DNA of 64,000 nt from Verrucomicrobiales bacterium (GTDB lineage: Bacteria; Verrucomicrobiota; Verrucomicrobiia; Verrucomicrobiales; V1-33): positions 64,001-128,000 of the forward strand of contig JANOAV010000035.1 of assembly GCA_031411295.1 (NCBI GenBank). The letters run 5' to 3'. The translations under genes were made by a program, and so were the position numbers. This document shows, in pieces, positions 19,673-30,600 of the stretch. The stretch's first letter is position 1. Each line of letters begins with the position of its first letter. The notes under the pieces were generated by a model. It was not told the origin of the DNA, ran no database searches, and saw only the letters and a list, made by a program, of their open reading frames with translations.

Positions 19673-20779
19673 CTACGGCCCAATCTCATCCCACGCCTCA
19701 TCCAGAATCAATTCCCGGTAAGAAATGGCTTGGTGGGCGGCACAGATGGCCGCTCCGAAAATGGTTAGCTCATCGGCCACCCGGGAAACGTGAGCCGCAG
19801 GACGGGCCAAGCCTAGCAACAGTTGGCCGTAGCACTCGGCTCCGCTGATGTGCTGCAGGATTTTGAAAGCAATGTGGCTGGAATTGAGATCTGGGAAGAC
19901 CAGGACATTGGCCCGCCCCGCCACCAGGCTTTGGGGAGATTTGCGCTCTGCTGCGGCCGGCACGATGGCGGCATCTAGTTGCAACTCACCATCCACATCC
20001 ATCGCCACCTGTCGTTGACTCGCACGCAGCCGCGCCATTTGCGTGGCTGCTTGCATCTTGTCGGTGGTTAAATTTCGCGCAGAGCCCTTGGTGGAGAAAC
20101 TGAGCATGGCCACGCGGGGACGATCATGCAGCAGCGGGCCAGCCACTTTCGATGTTTCCACCGCAATGTCCGCCAACTGCCCCACCGTGGGTGTGGGGAT
20201 CACCGCACAATCTGCCAGAAACAACACGCCCCCATTTCCCAGATCCGCTCGGTGCGGCAGGCGCACCGCCATGCAACTGGTGACACTATCCAAATGGGGC
20301 TGGCGTTTGATGAGATGAAACAACGCTCGGAAGAATGCGGCGGGAATCACTTTATTACCGCCCACGACCGCATCCGCTGCGCCATATTGCACCATCATGG
20401 CTGCGAAGTAGTGCGGCAGCGCCATCGTTTCCTCTGGAGCGCGAATGATCCGTCGGCGCAACCGCTCGGTGCGACGATACCGTTCGCAATAAGCTTGGAA
20501 ATCACTGCTGTCCTCCGGCTGCACCACGCCGATAAATTCCATGCTGACGCCCAGACCCGCCGCAGTGCGTTCAATTTCCCGTCGATTCCCAATCAGAATG
20601 GGGGACACACACTCCAGTCGCACTAACTCCTGTGCCACCCGCAGGATGCGCGGATCATTGCCTTCCGGGAAGACCACCCGCTTGGGGTGCTTGCTCAGGC
20701 CGGCCACGAGTGGCTGCAGGAAGGAATTGGTGGAATCGAAACGAAACGGTCGCTCGTGAGCGGGGGAGGTGGAATTCAT
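19673..20779 (-). CDS. Phosphate acetyltransferase family protein
   Basis: RVVFPEGNDPRIL, ADCAVIP, AMLSFSTKGS, DGELQLDAA and ANVLVFPDL motifs. Confidence 0.85.
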   Translation of the reverse strand: MNSTSPAHERPFRFDSTNSFLQPLVAGLSKHPKRVVFPEGNDPRILRVAQELVRLECVSPILIGNRREIERTAAGLGVSMEFIGVVQPEDSSDFQAYCERYRRTERLRRRIIRAPEETMALPHYFAAMMVQYGAADAVVGGNKVIPAAFFRALFHLIKRQPHLDSVTSCMAVRLPHRADLGNGGVLFLADCAVIPTPTVGQLADIAVETSKVAGPLLHDRPRVAMLSFSTKGSARNLTTDKMQAATQMARLRASQRQVAMDVDGELQLDAAIVPAAAERKSPQSLVAGRANVLVFPDLNSSHIAFKILQHISGAECYGQLLLGLARPAAHVSRVADELTIFGAAICAAHQAISYRELILDEAWDEIGP

Positions 20780-20955
20780 GGAGATCGAAGGAACGCCGTA
20801 GCAATCGGTCCGGATGCGCGCTTTGACAAACTGAAATTACACCCGCTTGAATCCGAGCACGTGCGTGATTGCAGCAACACCCAGATGAGCATTGAATCCA
20901 TGTATGCGGCATCTTTCTGCTTCAACTCGTGCCATCCCGGAACTATGACGCAGCC

Positions 20956-23661
20956 ATGTTGCGTCATCCGATTCTCTTCATCGCTGCCTTTGGTATCCTC
21001 ACCTTCCTGATGTCCCGCCTGCGCACTCCCCAGGTGCTTTTGGAAACCGAACCCGACTTCGCCCGCACACTGGCGTTGGTGGGGCCGGATCCTGAGACTG
21101 GTCAGGCTCGGGTGATCACACCGGACAATCATTTGCTCACACCAGCTGGGCAACAAATCTCGCTGCCTGGGATGCGTCCCCAAGCCCTGGCACTGAGCCC
21201 GAATGGGAAAATCCTCGTGGCGGCGGGCAAGATCTCCGGCATCACCCTCATCAACCCGGCCACAGGCGAAGTTAAAGGCCGCGTTGAGTTGCCAGGAGAC
21301 TCTGAGGAAGCACCGAACCCTGTTTCCGGAAACATCCTCAAGCCGGATCGCAGTGGTCAGTTGAGTTTCACCGGGCTGATTTTTTCCGCCACTGGCGAAC
21401 GACTCTATCTCTCCAACGTCAATGGCAGCATCAAAGAGTTTTCCGTTAGTGAAGCAGGTGAAATCAAGCCGCTGCGCAATCTCCCGCTGCCGCCAGCGAA
21501 CGCTCCCAACCGCAAGAACGAGATCCCTTCCGGGCTGACGCTTTCAGCGGATAATCGCAAACTCTACATCGCCCTGAACCTCAGTAACCGCGTGGCGGAA
21601 ATGGACGTGGCGTCCGGCACCGTCCTGCGAACATGGGACTGCGGGGTGGCTCCTTATGATGTGAAGGTGCTGGGGAATAAATTATACGTTAGCAATTGGG
21701 GCGGTCGTCGCCCGGATGGATCCAGCCCCGAAGCCCATGCCGGACGCGGGATGACGGTGCGGGTGGAGGCCAGAACCCAGGTCGCCAGCGAGGGATCGCT
21801 TTCCGTGATTGATCTCGTCGGCAACCAACCGCCCAAGGAGTTGGTCACTGGTCGGCATGCCAGCGGACTAGCCGTTTCGCCCGATGGAAAGTTCCTCTGC
21901 GTGGCGTGTGCCACCAGTGATTATGTGGAGGTGTTGGATGTGGCTAGTGAGACCTGGCGAGGGCACTTCTTTCCCAAGCAAACCCCCGCCGACCTCTTCG
22001 GAGCCGGGCCGAACGCGCTGACGTTTGATCCCGCCGGGAAGCACTTATATGTCTGCAATGGCACCCAAAACGCCATGGCAGTGCTGGAGTGGGAAGACGG
22101 CACGGCTGAATTTCAAGGCTTGCTGCCGACTGGTTGGTATCCCGGTGCGGTCGTGGTGGATGCGGCTAGGCAACAACTCTGTGTTGGCAACGTGAAAGGT
22201 ATCGGCCCTGAGCCGGCGAAGAACAGGGGCTTCAACACCCACCAATATTTCGGCACCGTGAGTCTGATTCCGCTGCCCCAGGATAAGTCTGCGCTAGCCG
22301 CCCACACTAAGACCGTGACCGTGAATAATCGGGTTCCGTTGCTGCCCCTGGCCATGGCCCCGCCTCGTCCGAGCGCACTGCCCCGCCCCCTCCCCAGCCG
22401 CGTGGGAGAGCCCAGTGTCTTCAAGCATGTGCTCTATATCATTAAGGAAAATCGCACTTACGACCAAGTCCTGGGCGACCTGAAAGAAGGCAACGGAGAT
22501 CCCAAACTCTGCATCTTTGGCGAGCAAATCACGCCGAACCAACATCAGTTCTGTCGGGATTTCGTTTTGCTAGACAACACCTACTGTTCCGGCATCCTCA
22601 GTGCCGACGGGCACAACTGGTCCTGTAGCGCCTTCACCACGGACTATATGGAGAAACAATTTGCCGGCTTCCCCCGGAGCTATCCGGACGGCTCGGAAGC
22701 GGCCAACGCCGACGCCTTGGCGTGGTCCCCCGGCGGCTTTATTTGGGATCATGCTCTGGCGAAGGGCCTGCCGATTCGGATCTACGGTGAGTTCGCCACG
22801 GTGCGGCGGGCCTGGAAAGACCCCGAGCGACCTGGCAAGCCATTGTTTCCAGAGATCTGGCAGGACTGGTTGACCCATCATGGTGGGGCAGATAGTGAAG
22901 TTTCTCTGGGCGCTAAGGCCAACATCTCCACCGTGCAGCCGCACCTGAATGAGGATTTTGCCGCCTTTGATAACGACATCCCTGACGTCATCCGCGCCCA
23001 AGTGTTTCTCAAGGAGTTGGCGCAGTGGGAAACCACCGGGAAGATGCCCGCCCTCAGCATCATGAGTCTCGGCGGAGACCACACCAGCGGCACCAAGCCC
23101 GGCAAGCCCACCCCGCGCGCCCAAGTGGCAGACAACGATCTGGCGTTCGGTCAAATGGTGGAAGCCCTCAGCAAGAGTCGCTTCTGGAAAGACACCTGCA
23201 TCATCGCCATTGAAGATGATCCACAGAACGGATGGGATCACGTCAGCGGCTATCGCACCACGGCCTACGTCCTCAGCGCCTGGTCCCGCGGGCGCGGCAC
23301 GGTTTCCACGCAATACAATCAGACCAGCGTGCTGCGCACTATCGAACTCATGCTAGGGTTGCCTCCCATGAACGAACTGGACGCCACCGCCACCCCCATG
23401 TTCGATTGCTTTGGCGACGAACCGGACTTCACCCCATACATCGCCCAGAAGCCTCGCTGGCCGCTGGATGACATGAATCCCACCCCTGCCAAAATCACCG
23501 ATGCCACCTTGCGCAAGGATGCCGAGGTCTCAGCTACGCTGCCATTTGAGGAAATGGACCAATGCCCGGAGGACATCCTCAACGAGATCCTCTGGCGTGC
23601 CGTCAAAGGCCCGCAAGTGCCCTTCCCCCATTGGGCCGTAGCCTTGCAGGAGGAGGATTAG
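20956..23661 (+). CDS. Bifunctional YncE-type beta-propeller / phosphoesterase family protein
   Basis: YVTN-like repeats (LYVSNWG, PTGWYP); HVLYIIKENRTYDQVLGD, SADGH, DHTSG and EDDPQNGWDHV motifs. Confidence 0.85.
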   Translation: MLRHPILFIAAFGILTFLMSRLRTPQVLLETEPDFARTLALVGPDPETGQARVITPDNHLLTPAGQQISLPGMRPQALALSPNGKILVAAGKISGITLINPATGEVKGRVELPGDSEEAPNPVSGNILKPDRSGQLSFTGLIFSATGERLYLSNVNGSIKEFSVSEAGEIKPLRNLPLPPANAPNRKNEIPSGLTLSADNRKLYIALNLSNRVAEMDVASGTVLRTWDCGVAPYDVKVLGNKLYVSNWGGRRPDGSSPEAHAGRGMTVRVEARTQVASEGSLSVIDLVGNQPPKELVTGRHASGLAVSPDGKFLCVACATSDYVEVLDVASETWRGHFFPKQTPADLFGAGPNALTFDPAGKHLYVCNGTQNAMAVLEWEDGTAEFQGLLPTGWYPGAVVVDAARQQLCVGNVKGIGPEPAKNRGFNTHQYFGTVSLIPLPQDKSALAAHTKTVTVNNRVPLLPLAMAPPRPSALPRPLPSRVGEPSVFKHVLYIIKENRTYDQVLGDLKEGNGDPKLCIFGEQITPNQHQFCRDFVLLDNTYCSGILSADGHNWSCSAFTTDYMEKQFAGFPRSYPDGSEAANADALAWSPGGFIWDHALAKGLPIRIYGEFATVRRAWKDPERPGKPLFPEIWQDWLTHHGGADSEVSLGAKANISTVQPHLNEDFAAFDNDIPDVIRAQVFLKELAQWETTGKMPALSIMSLGGDHTSGTKPGKPTPRAQVADNDLAFGQMVEALSKSRFWKDTCIIAIEDDPQNGWDHVSGYRTTAYVLSAWSRGRGTVSTQYNQTSVLRTIELMLGLPPMNELDATATPMFDCFGDEPDFTPYIAQKPRWPLDDMNPTPAKITDATLRKDAEVSATLPFEEMDQCPEDILNEILWRAVKGPQVPFPHWAVALQEED

Positions 23662-24293
23662 CCCCACTGCTAAATCGCTTGCTTGGATGCGCAGGTCGCC
23701 CAAAGCTGGCTGCGTAACGACCTGCCAAAATAATACTTCATTCCATTCGTCTCCTGGCATGGATTCACCGTGGTGGACAGCGGTTGCACGGTGCCAATCA
23801 ACACCGAGTTGCGCAGCCGCAGCAGATGGGGCGAGGGAAATCGTGCTGGTCATCACGCGGAGCGATGATGACTACTTTCTGGATAGTAGCCGTCATCGCT
23901 CCGCGTGACGGCAGTCGTTGGCAGGCGTAAGCGAGTTCGAAGCACGCCCGACTAGCGCGGCCTGGCAGGCCAACTTGCGGGGCCATTTGTCTGGCAGTGG
24001 CGCGAGCGGGGGGGGGTGATTCAGGGCTTGGATGGGGCAGGCAAGGCGGCCCACCCAAAAGCGAGGCAGCGCATCAGCCGCAGCCGGCGCGTGGGATTAG
24101 GAGTCGTCTTGATCTTCATGTGGCAATTGGTTTGGGATTAGCTTGCCCTACGCACCTCAAAATTTCCCCGCTTTCTACGTTGCCAGTCTGCGGGTGGTTG
24201 GTTAATCTCCGCGCCCGGAGGTGCGCCTTGAAGTGCGTTCACGGTTTGTTTTCCTCCTGTTTGAATTTCCGATAAACCCTAGTCCATCTTGCC

Positions 24294-26261
24294 ATGAGCC
24301 ACGAAACCATCGAATCCCATCTTGTTGAAAATCGCGTCTTTGCTCCGCCAGCGGCGTTTGCCCGGGGGGCTCGGGTGACTTCCATGGAGGACTATCAGGA
24401 ACGCTATACGGCTTCCATCAAGGACCCTGCGGCCTTCTGGGCCAGTGAGGCGGCGGAGTTGGATTGGCAGGCTCCATGGGCGGAAACACTGCGTTGGGAG
24501 GTCCCTTTCGCGCAGTGGTTTGTGGGTGGGAAAATCAACCTGTGCGAGAACTGTGTGGATCGGCACGCCAATAATCCCGATCGCAAATACAAGGCCGCCA
24601 TCATCTTCGAAGGCGAACCGGGCGACACCCGCACGATCACTTATGGCGAACTGCAGCACGAAGTGGCCCGCACTGCGAATATGTTCCTTGCGCAGGGCAT
24701 TAAGTCTGGTGATCGCGTGATTGTTTACATGCCGATGATTCCCGAGGCGGCCATTACGATGCTGGCTTGTGCCCGCATTGGAGCCGTGCACAGCGTCATT
24801 TTCGGTGGGTTCAGCGCCAGTGCGATTTATGATCGGGTGCTGGATAGCGGTGCCACGCACATCATCACTGCGGACGGCGGTTGGCGGCGGGGGAAGACGG
24901 TGCCGCTGAAGGACAATGTGGACGCCGCCCTGGCCATGGGCACGACGCCGGTAAAAAGCGTGGTGGTGTTCCAACGCACCAAGCAGGCGGTGGCGATGGA
25001 AGCGGGACGGGATGTCTGGTGGCATGAGGCGATTGCAGGGGCCAGCACGGATTGTCCGCCAGTGGGATTGGATTCGGAACATCCGTTGTTCATTCTCTAC
25101 ACCAGCGGATCGACCGGGAAACCGAAGGGCATCCTGCACACCACCGGTGGGTATGCGGTGGGAACTCACGCCACCACCAAATACATTTTCGACCTGCAGG
25201 AAAAGGACGTTTACTGGTGCACGGCAGATGTGGGTTGGATCACGGGGCATAGTTACATTGTCTATGGACCACTGGCCAATGGGGCCACGGTGCTGATGTA
25301 TGAAGGCGCGCCCGATACGCCGCACTTCGGCCGCTTCTGGGAGATCGTGGAGAAATACAAGGTGAGCATTCTCTACACCGCCCCCACCGCCATCCGTGCC
25401 TTCATTAAGTGGGGGGACGAGCATGTCACGAAATATGATCTCTCCAGCCTTCGATTGTTAGGCTCGGTGGGGGAACCAATCAATCCGGAGGCCTGGATGT
25501 GGTATCACAAAATGATCGGTGGCAGCCGCTGTCCGATAGTGGATACTTGGTGGCAGACGGAAACGGGAGCCATCCTGATTTCTCCCATGCCCGGAGCCAC
25601 GCCCACCAAACCCGGCACCGCCACGTTGCCCTTCTTCGGCATTGATGCCGCCATTGTCGATGAGACCGGTCAAGAGTGCGGCCCCAATGAAGGTGGTCGC
25701 CTCGTGGTGCGTCATCCCTGGCCCTCCATGCTGCGCACGCTCTGGGGCGATGCCGAGCGCTATGCCGCCACTTACTGGGCAGAGTATCCCGGATGGTATC
25801 TGACAGGCGACGGGGCGCGTCGTGACGAAGATGGCTATTTCTGGATCGTGGGTCGCTTGGACGACGTGCTGAATGTTTCCGGCCATCGCTTGGGCACGGC
25901 GGAATTGGAAAGTGCGCTGGCCAGCCATCCAGCAGTAGCGGAAGCCGCCGTCGTGGGTCGCCCGGACGAAATCAAAGGTCAGGCACCCGTGGCATTTGTG
26001 ACGTTGAAGACTGGATTTGAAGCTTCCCATGATTTGGCGAAAGCCCTAAAGGCCCACGTGGCCAAGGAAATTGGGGCCATCGCGCGCCCGGATGATATTC
26101 GTTTCACGGCCTCGTTGCCGAAGACACGCTCCGGCAAAATCATGCGGCGCTTGCTGAAGGAAATTTGCGCGGGCGGACAAATCAAGGGTGATACCACGAC
26201 CTTGGATGACCTCAGCGTGCTGGCGAGCCTATCCGCTGCCGCCAAGGCCGATGATGAGTAG
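24294..26261 (+). CDS. acs: Acetyl-CoA synthetase
   Basis: [21 protein letters not shown] and [13 protein letters not shown] motifs. Confidence 0.97.
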   Translation: MSHETIESHLVENRVFAPPAAFARGARVTSMEDYQERYTASIKDPAAFWASEAAELDWQAPWAETLRWEVPFAQWFVGGKINLCENCVDRHANNPDRKYKAAIIFEGEPGDTRTITYGELQHEVARTANMFLAQGIKSGDRVIVYMPMIPEAAITMLACARIGAVHSVIFGGFSASAIYDRVLDSGATHIITADGGWRRGKTVPLKDNVDAALAMGTTPVKSVVVFQRTKQAVAMEAGRDVWWHEAIAGASTDCPPVGLDSEHPLFILYTSGSTGKPKGILHTTGGYAVGTHATTKYIFDLQEKDVYWCTADVGWITGHSYIVYGPLANGATVLMYEGAPDTPHFGRFWEIVEKYKVSILYTAPTAIRAFIKWGDEHVTKYDLSSLRLLGSVGEPINPEAWMWYHKMIGGSRCPIVDTWWQTETGAILISPMPGATPTKPGTATLPFFGIDAAIVDETGQECGPNEGGRLVVRHPWPSMLRTLWGDAERYAATYWAEYPGWYLTGDGARRDEDGYFWIVGRLDDVLNVSGHRLGTAELESALASHPAVAEAAVVGRPDEIKGQAPVAFVTLKTGFEASHDLAKALKAHVAKEIGAIARPDDIRFTASLPKTRSGKIMRRLLKEICAGGQIKGDTTTLDDLSVLASLSAAAKADDE

Positions 26262-26285
26262 AGTTGCTGCTCTGAATCGAGTGTG

Positions 26286-26308
26286 ACCGCAGTCCGCCGG
26301 ACTGCGGT
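26286..26308. terminator. GC-rich hairpin between convergent acs and mazG
   Basis: ACCGCAGTCC-GCC-GGACTGCGGT; no clear U-tract. Confidence 0.45.
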
Positions 26309-26316
26309 GGCACGCG

Positions 26317-27111
26317 TTAGGATTTCATTTTAGCGGCTTGCCAATGGGCCTCCATGGTTGCGACGTCCGCTACGCCCAAGGGCGTGGTCGTGGTTTGGAG
26401 GCTGGTTTCCATTTGATGGAAACGATCCGTGAATTTGGTGTTCGTCGCACTGAGCAGGACCTCGGGGTCGTGGCCCAGTTTGCGGGCCAGATTGACGACG
26501 CTGAAGAGGAGATCGCCAATTTCTTCTGCGGTGGCCACGGGATCGCCCTTGGCTAGTTCCACCTCGGTTTCGGCTAGTTCTTCGCGAATTTTCTCGATGA
26601 TGCCGACAGTGTCTGGCCAGTCGAACCCTACTTTGGCCGCCTTCTTCTGGAGTTTAGCGGCTCGGGTTAGGCTGGGGAGGGCTTTGGTGATGCCTTCCAG
26701 AAAGGCCTGCGGTCGATTCCCCTTTTCAGCTTTTTTGATTTCATCCCATTGCTTCAAGACGGCGGAGGTATCGCTAACATCACTGGAGCCATAGACGTGA
26801 GGATGGCGGCGGATGAGCTTTTCAGAAATGCCGTGAGCAATGGTGTCGAGGTTGAAGCGATCGGTCTCGGAGGCGATTTCGCCATGCAGGACGACTTGGA
26901 GGAGGAGGTCGCCCAACTCTTCGCGCATGTGTTCAGTGTCGTCGGACTGGATGGCTTCCAGCGTTTCGTAAGCTTCTTCCAGTAAATTTGTGCCCAAGGA
27001 AAGGTGCGTTTGCTCCTGATCCCAGGGACAGCCCCCCGGGCTGCGCAGATCATGCACAATTTGCTTCAAGCGCGTGAGGCCGTCGGGATGGATTGGGGTG
27101 GGGAGGGGCAT
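26317..27111 (-). CDS. mazG: Nucleoside triphosphate pyrophosphohydrolase MazG
   Basis: GCPWDQEQT, EELGDLLLQVV, KLIRRHPHV, GFDW and EEIGDLLF motifs; start placed at MPLPTP. Confidence 0.93.
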   Translation of the reverse strand: MPLPTPIHPDGLTRLKQIVHDLRSPGGCPWDQEQTHLSLGTNLLEEAYETLEAIQSDDTEHMREELGDLLLQVVLHGEIASETDRFNLDTIAHGISEKLIRRHPHVYGSSDVSDTSAVLKQWDEIKKAEKGNRPQAFLEGITKALPSLTRAAKLQKKAAKVGFDWPDTVGIIEKIREELAETEVELAKGDPVATAEEIGDLLFSVVNLARKLGHDPEVLLSATNTKFTDRFHQMETSLQTTTTPLGVADVATMEAHWQAAKMKS

Positions 27112-27208
27112 GATAAGTAACGGAGCAGGAGAATTGGAGCGAGGAGTGGCGGCAGGACAAACGCGGGCCCCTCCGAGCGGTGCGCTAAATTTCCCCCACT
27201 GGCAAGAG

Positions 27209-27388
27209 CTAATCGCCCAGTCCCAGCGCCTCCGCCCAGACTTCATCATCCGCTTCATCGAAGCGAATGAGCATGGGGCGACAGCAGACTTCGCAATCGT
27301 AATCGACCTCACACGGGACCTCGTCCAGGGACGGGGCCAGCACGGAGAATTCCTCGAAGCAGGATGGGCAAGTGACAGGGCAGAGCAT
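27209..27388 (-). CDS. CPXCG-motif cysteine-rich small protein
   Basis: 59 aa: CPSCFE...YDCEVCCRP, acidic. Confidence 0.8.
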   Translation of the reverse strand: MLCPVTCPSCFEEFSVLAPSLDEVPCEVDYDCEVCCRPMLIRFDEADDEVWAEALGLGD

Positions 27389-27605
27389 CGCGCAACATGG
27401 ACCAAAATGCGATCGGTCGCAAGTTCCGCGTAATCCAGAACCAATGCGCGTGTGGTGCGTAATGCTGCGATGGACCATGCTGCTATCCACCGATGGCATT
27501 GTCGTGTGTCGGTTCGGAAGAAAAACCATTTTCTTTCCGCCAATCGCTGCTATTCTCCGCGCTCCCGCACCGACCCATTTTCTCCTTTTTCCATTCCCTC
27601 CGGCC

Positions 27606-30600
27606 ATGACCAGCGCTCAAATTCGCCAATCCTTCCTCGATTTCTTCAAGTCCAAGCAACACACCATCGTGCCCAGCGACAACGTGGGTTACACGAGCCG
27701 TGATGGCGCGCGGATCTTTACCAATGCAGGGATGAATCAGTTCGTGCCCATCTTCCTGGGCGAGCGCACCGCCGATGTGGACACCTGGCCGGGCGTGCTC
27801 AGCAAGGGCCTGCCCACGCGGGCAGCGGACACGCAGAAGTGCATTCGCGCAGGCGGGAAACACAACGATTTGGAGGATGTGGGCCTGGACACTTACCACC
27901 ACACGTTCTTCGAAATGTTGGGGAACTGGAGTTTTGGCGACTATTTCAAAAAGGAAGCCATCGCTTGGGCGTGGGAACTGGTGATCGAGAAATGGAAATT
28001 TCCACCCACCCGCGTCTTCGCCACCATTTACCAACCCGGCCCCGGGGATCCAGCGGATCGCGACCAGGAGGCCTGGGACATCTGGGCGGAGAAATTCCGC
28101 AGCGTGGGCTTGGACCCGGACATTCACATCGTGAACGGCAACAAGAAGGACAACTTCTGGATGATGGCCGACACCGGTCCGTGCGGTCCGTGCACAGAAG
28201 TGCATATCGACCTAACACCCGGCCCGATTGCCTTGGATGAAGATCGCCAACGCGCTGGTGCAAAGCTGGTGAATGGATCGGACGCGAGCTGTATTGAGAT
28301 CTGGAACAATGTGTTCATTCAATACAATGCCAATCCCGATGGCACCTTCGTGCCGCTGCCCGCCCAACACGTCGATACCGGCATGGGCTTCGAGCGCGTG
28401 TGTTCGATCATCCAAGGCACGAAAAATTTCACCGACTTCGAGACTGCGAAGATCAGCAATTATGACACGGATGTCTTCAAGCCGATCTTCGATGAACTAA
28501 CTAAACTCAGCGGCAAGCACTACAAGAGCACGCTCCCGAAAGCCAACGAGCAAGGAAACGTAGTCCCTGTGACCGAGCAGGAGAAAATCGACGTGGCCTT
28601 CCGCGTCATTGCCGACCATTTGCGCACCCTGAGTTTCTCCATTGCGGACGGCATTCAGCCGGGGAACTCGGATCGGAATTACACCCTGCGCCGGATCCTG
28701 CGTCGGGCGGTAAAATACGGCCGCACCCTGGAATTCCAGGAGCCGTTCTTCTACAAACTGGTGGACGTGCTGGCCGAACACATGGGCGATGTCTTCCCGG
28801 AGATTCGTGTGAAGCGTGAGCAGGTGAAGGCGGTGCTGAAGGTCGAAGAGGAGAGCTTTAATCGGACGCTGGATAAGGGCATCGTGCTATTCGAGAGCGA
28901 AGCGAATCGATTGCTAGGCACCGCAGGTGCCGCCCCGGGTAGGGCGGGTGTCTCACCCGCCGGGGTCGGCGTCCCGCCGACCTCTCAGGGCGTCTCGCCC
29001 TCTTCTGGTGCGTCTCGCACCAAACGCAGAACGCTGCCCCATTTCGAAAAACCTTGGGCCATTTACAACCTCACGGTCACCACGCGTGATCGTCGTTTCC
29101 TAACTCCCGAGGCAAGAACCATTACGCTGGACGCCATCAAACATTTTGATGGCAAGCGTTTCGAGCTATTTGCAGCTTGTGTGATGCCGGACCATTTTCA
29201 CATGCTCCTACAACCTTGGCCGAAGGAAAACGATGGAACCTCCGTGTTCTGGACGTTGGGCGAGATTATGCATTCCGTAAAGAGTTTTACTGCAAAGGAG
29301 ATTAACAAGCAGGAAGGGACTACTGGCTCGGTGTGGAATGAGGAACGGTTTGATCGCTATATTCGGTCAGATGCTGATTTGGAGGAGAAGTATAACTATA
29401 TTTTAGATAACCCTCGCAGGGCTGAAATTGTCTCCATGGTTGGGGAGTATCAGTGGACTTGGACGCACGATGACAGGCTGGGCGAGACGCCCGAAGGAAG
29501 CGAGACGCTTCGTGCGTTTGGCGAGACGCCAAACGCGGCGGGCGGGACGCCCGCCCTACCCGTGCCTTGCGATGCCTCCGGCATCGTCCCATCTGGCGCA
29601 ACTTGCGCCGATTCCTCAGGTAGGGCGGGTGTCCCGCCCCTTTCCGCAGACTTCGCCTTCCGCCTTTACGACGAACAAGGCTTCCCACTAGACCTCACAG
29701 AACTCCTAGCGCGCGAACGCGGCCTAACGGTAGACACCGCTGGCTTTGAAAAACTAATGGATGAACAAAAGGCTCGCGCTCGTGCGGCTGGCCAAAAGAA
29801 CAAACAGATCGTTTCCGTCAGTGAAATCGAGACCAAGGAACCGACGAAATTTATCGGTTACGATGCATTGGAAGCCGATGCCAAGGTGCTGGAAGTCGTT
29901 TCCATGAAGGATAAGACAGCGGTGGTCTTGGACACATCCACTTGCTATGCCGAAATGGGCGGTCAGGTGGGTGATGCCGGTAATTTCATCATCGGGGCCA
30001 ACAATTTCCCCATCGTTTCCACCACCAAGGTCGGCAACACATGGCTGCATTTCCTGGAAGGCGAAGACGCCCCGGCGGTTGGTTCCACGGTGCGACTCGC
30101 AGTGGATGCGGAGCGTCGTCACGCCATCGAGCGGCACCATACCGTGACCCATATTCTGCATTGGGCACTGCATGAGGTCGTCAACAAAGACGCCACCCAG
30201 AAGGGCTCCAACGTGACTCCAGAGAAACTCACCTTCGATTTCAACAGCGCAGCCCTAACGCCGAACCAATTGGCCGACATCGAGCGTCTGGTGAACGAAC
30301 GCATCGTGGCGAACGAATCCGTTTCCTGGAGCGAAGTGCCCTACGCCGACATCAAATCCAACCCCGGCATCATGGCTCTCTTTGGCGAGAAATATGGCGA
30401 TCTGGTCCGCGTGGTGCAGATCGGCGGGAAGCCTCATGCGCTCAACGGTTACAGCATGGAACTCTGCGGCGGCACCCACACCCGCGGCACGGGTGAAATC
30501 GGACTCTTCAAACTGGTCAGCGAAAGCGCAGTAGCCGCAGGCGTCCGCCGTATCGAAGCCATTGCCGGCCTCGAAGCCTACCACACCGCCCGCAGCGAAA

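Noticed and set aside
23662..24293. Short ORFs between the phosphoesterase gene and acs
   Set aside because: No recognisable motifs, conflicting frames, and one overlaps the neighbouring gene.
27660..27730. Atypical AlaRS motif-1 stretch (PSDNVGYTSRDGARIFTNAG)
   Set aside because: It differs from the usual PSSSL..D..LLFTNAG, but this loop is variable and cannot be interpreted without an alignment.
28921..29639. Intein or self-splicing intron as the explanation for the alaS insert
   Set aside because: No Cys/Ser...His-Asn splice junctions or Hint motifs, and no group I/II intron hallmarks; the motifs are those of a RAYT.
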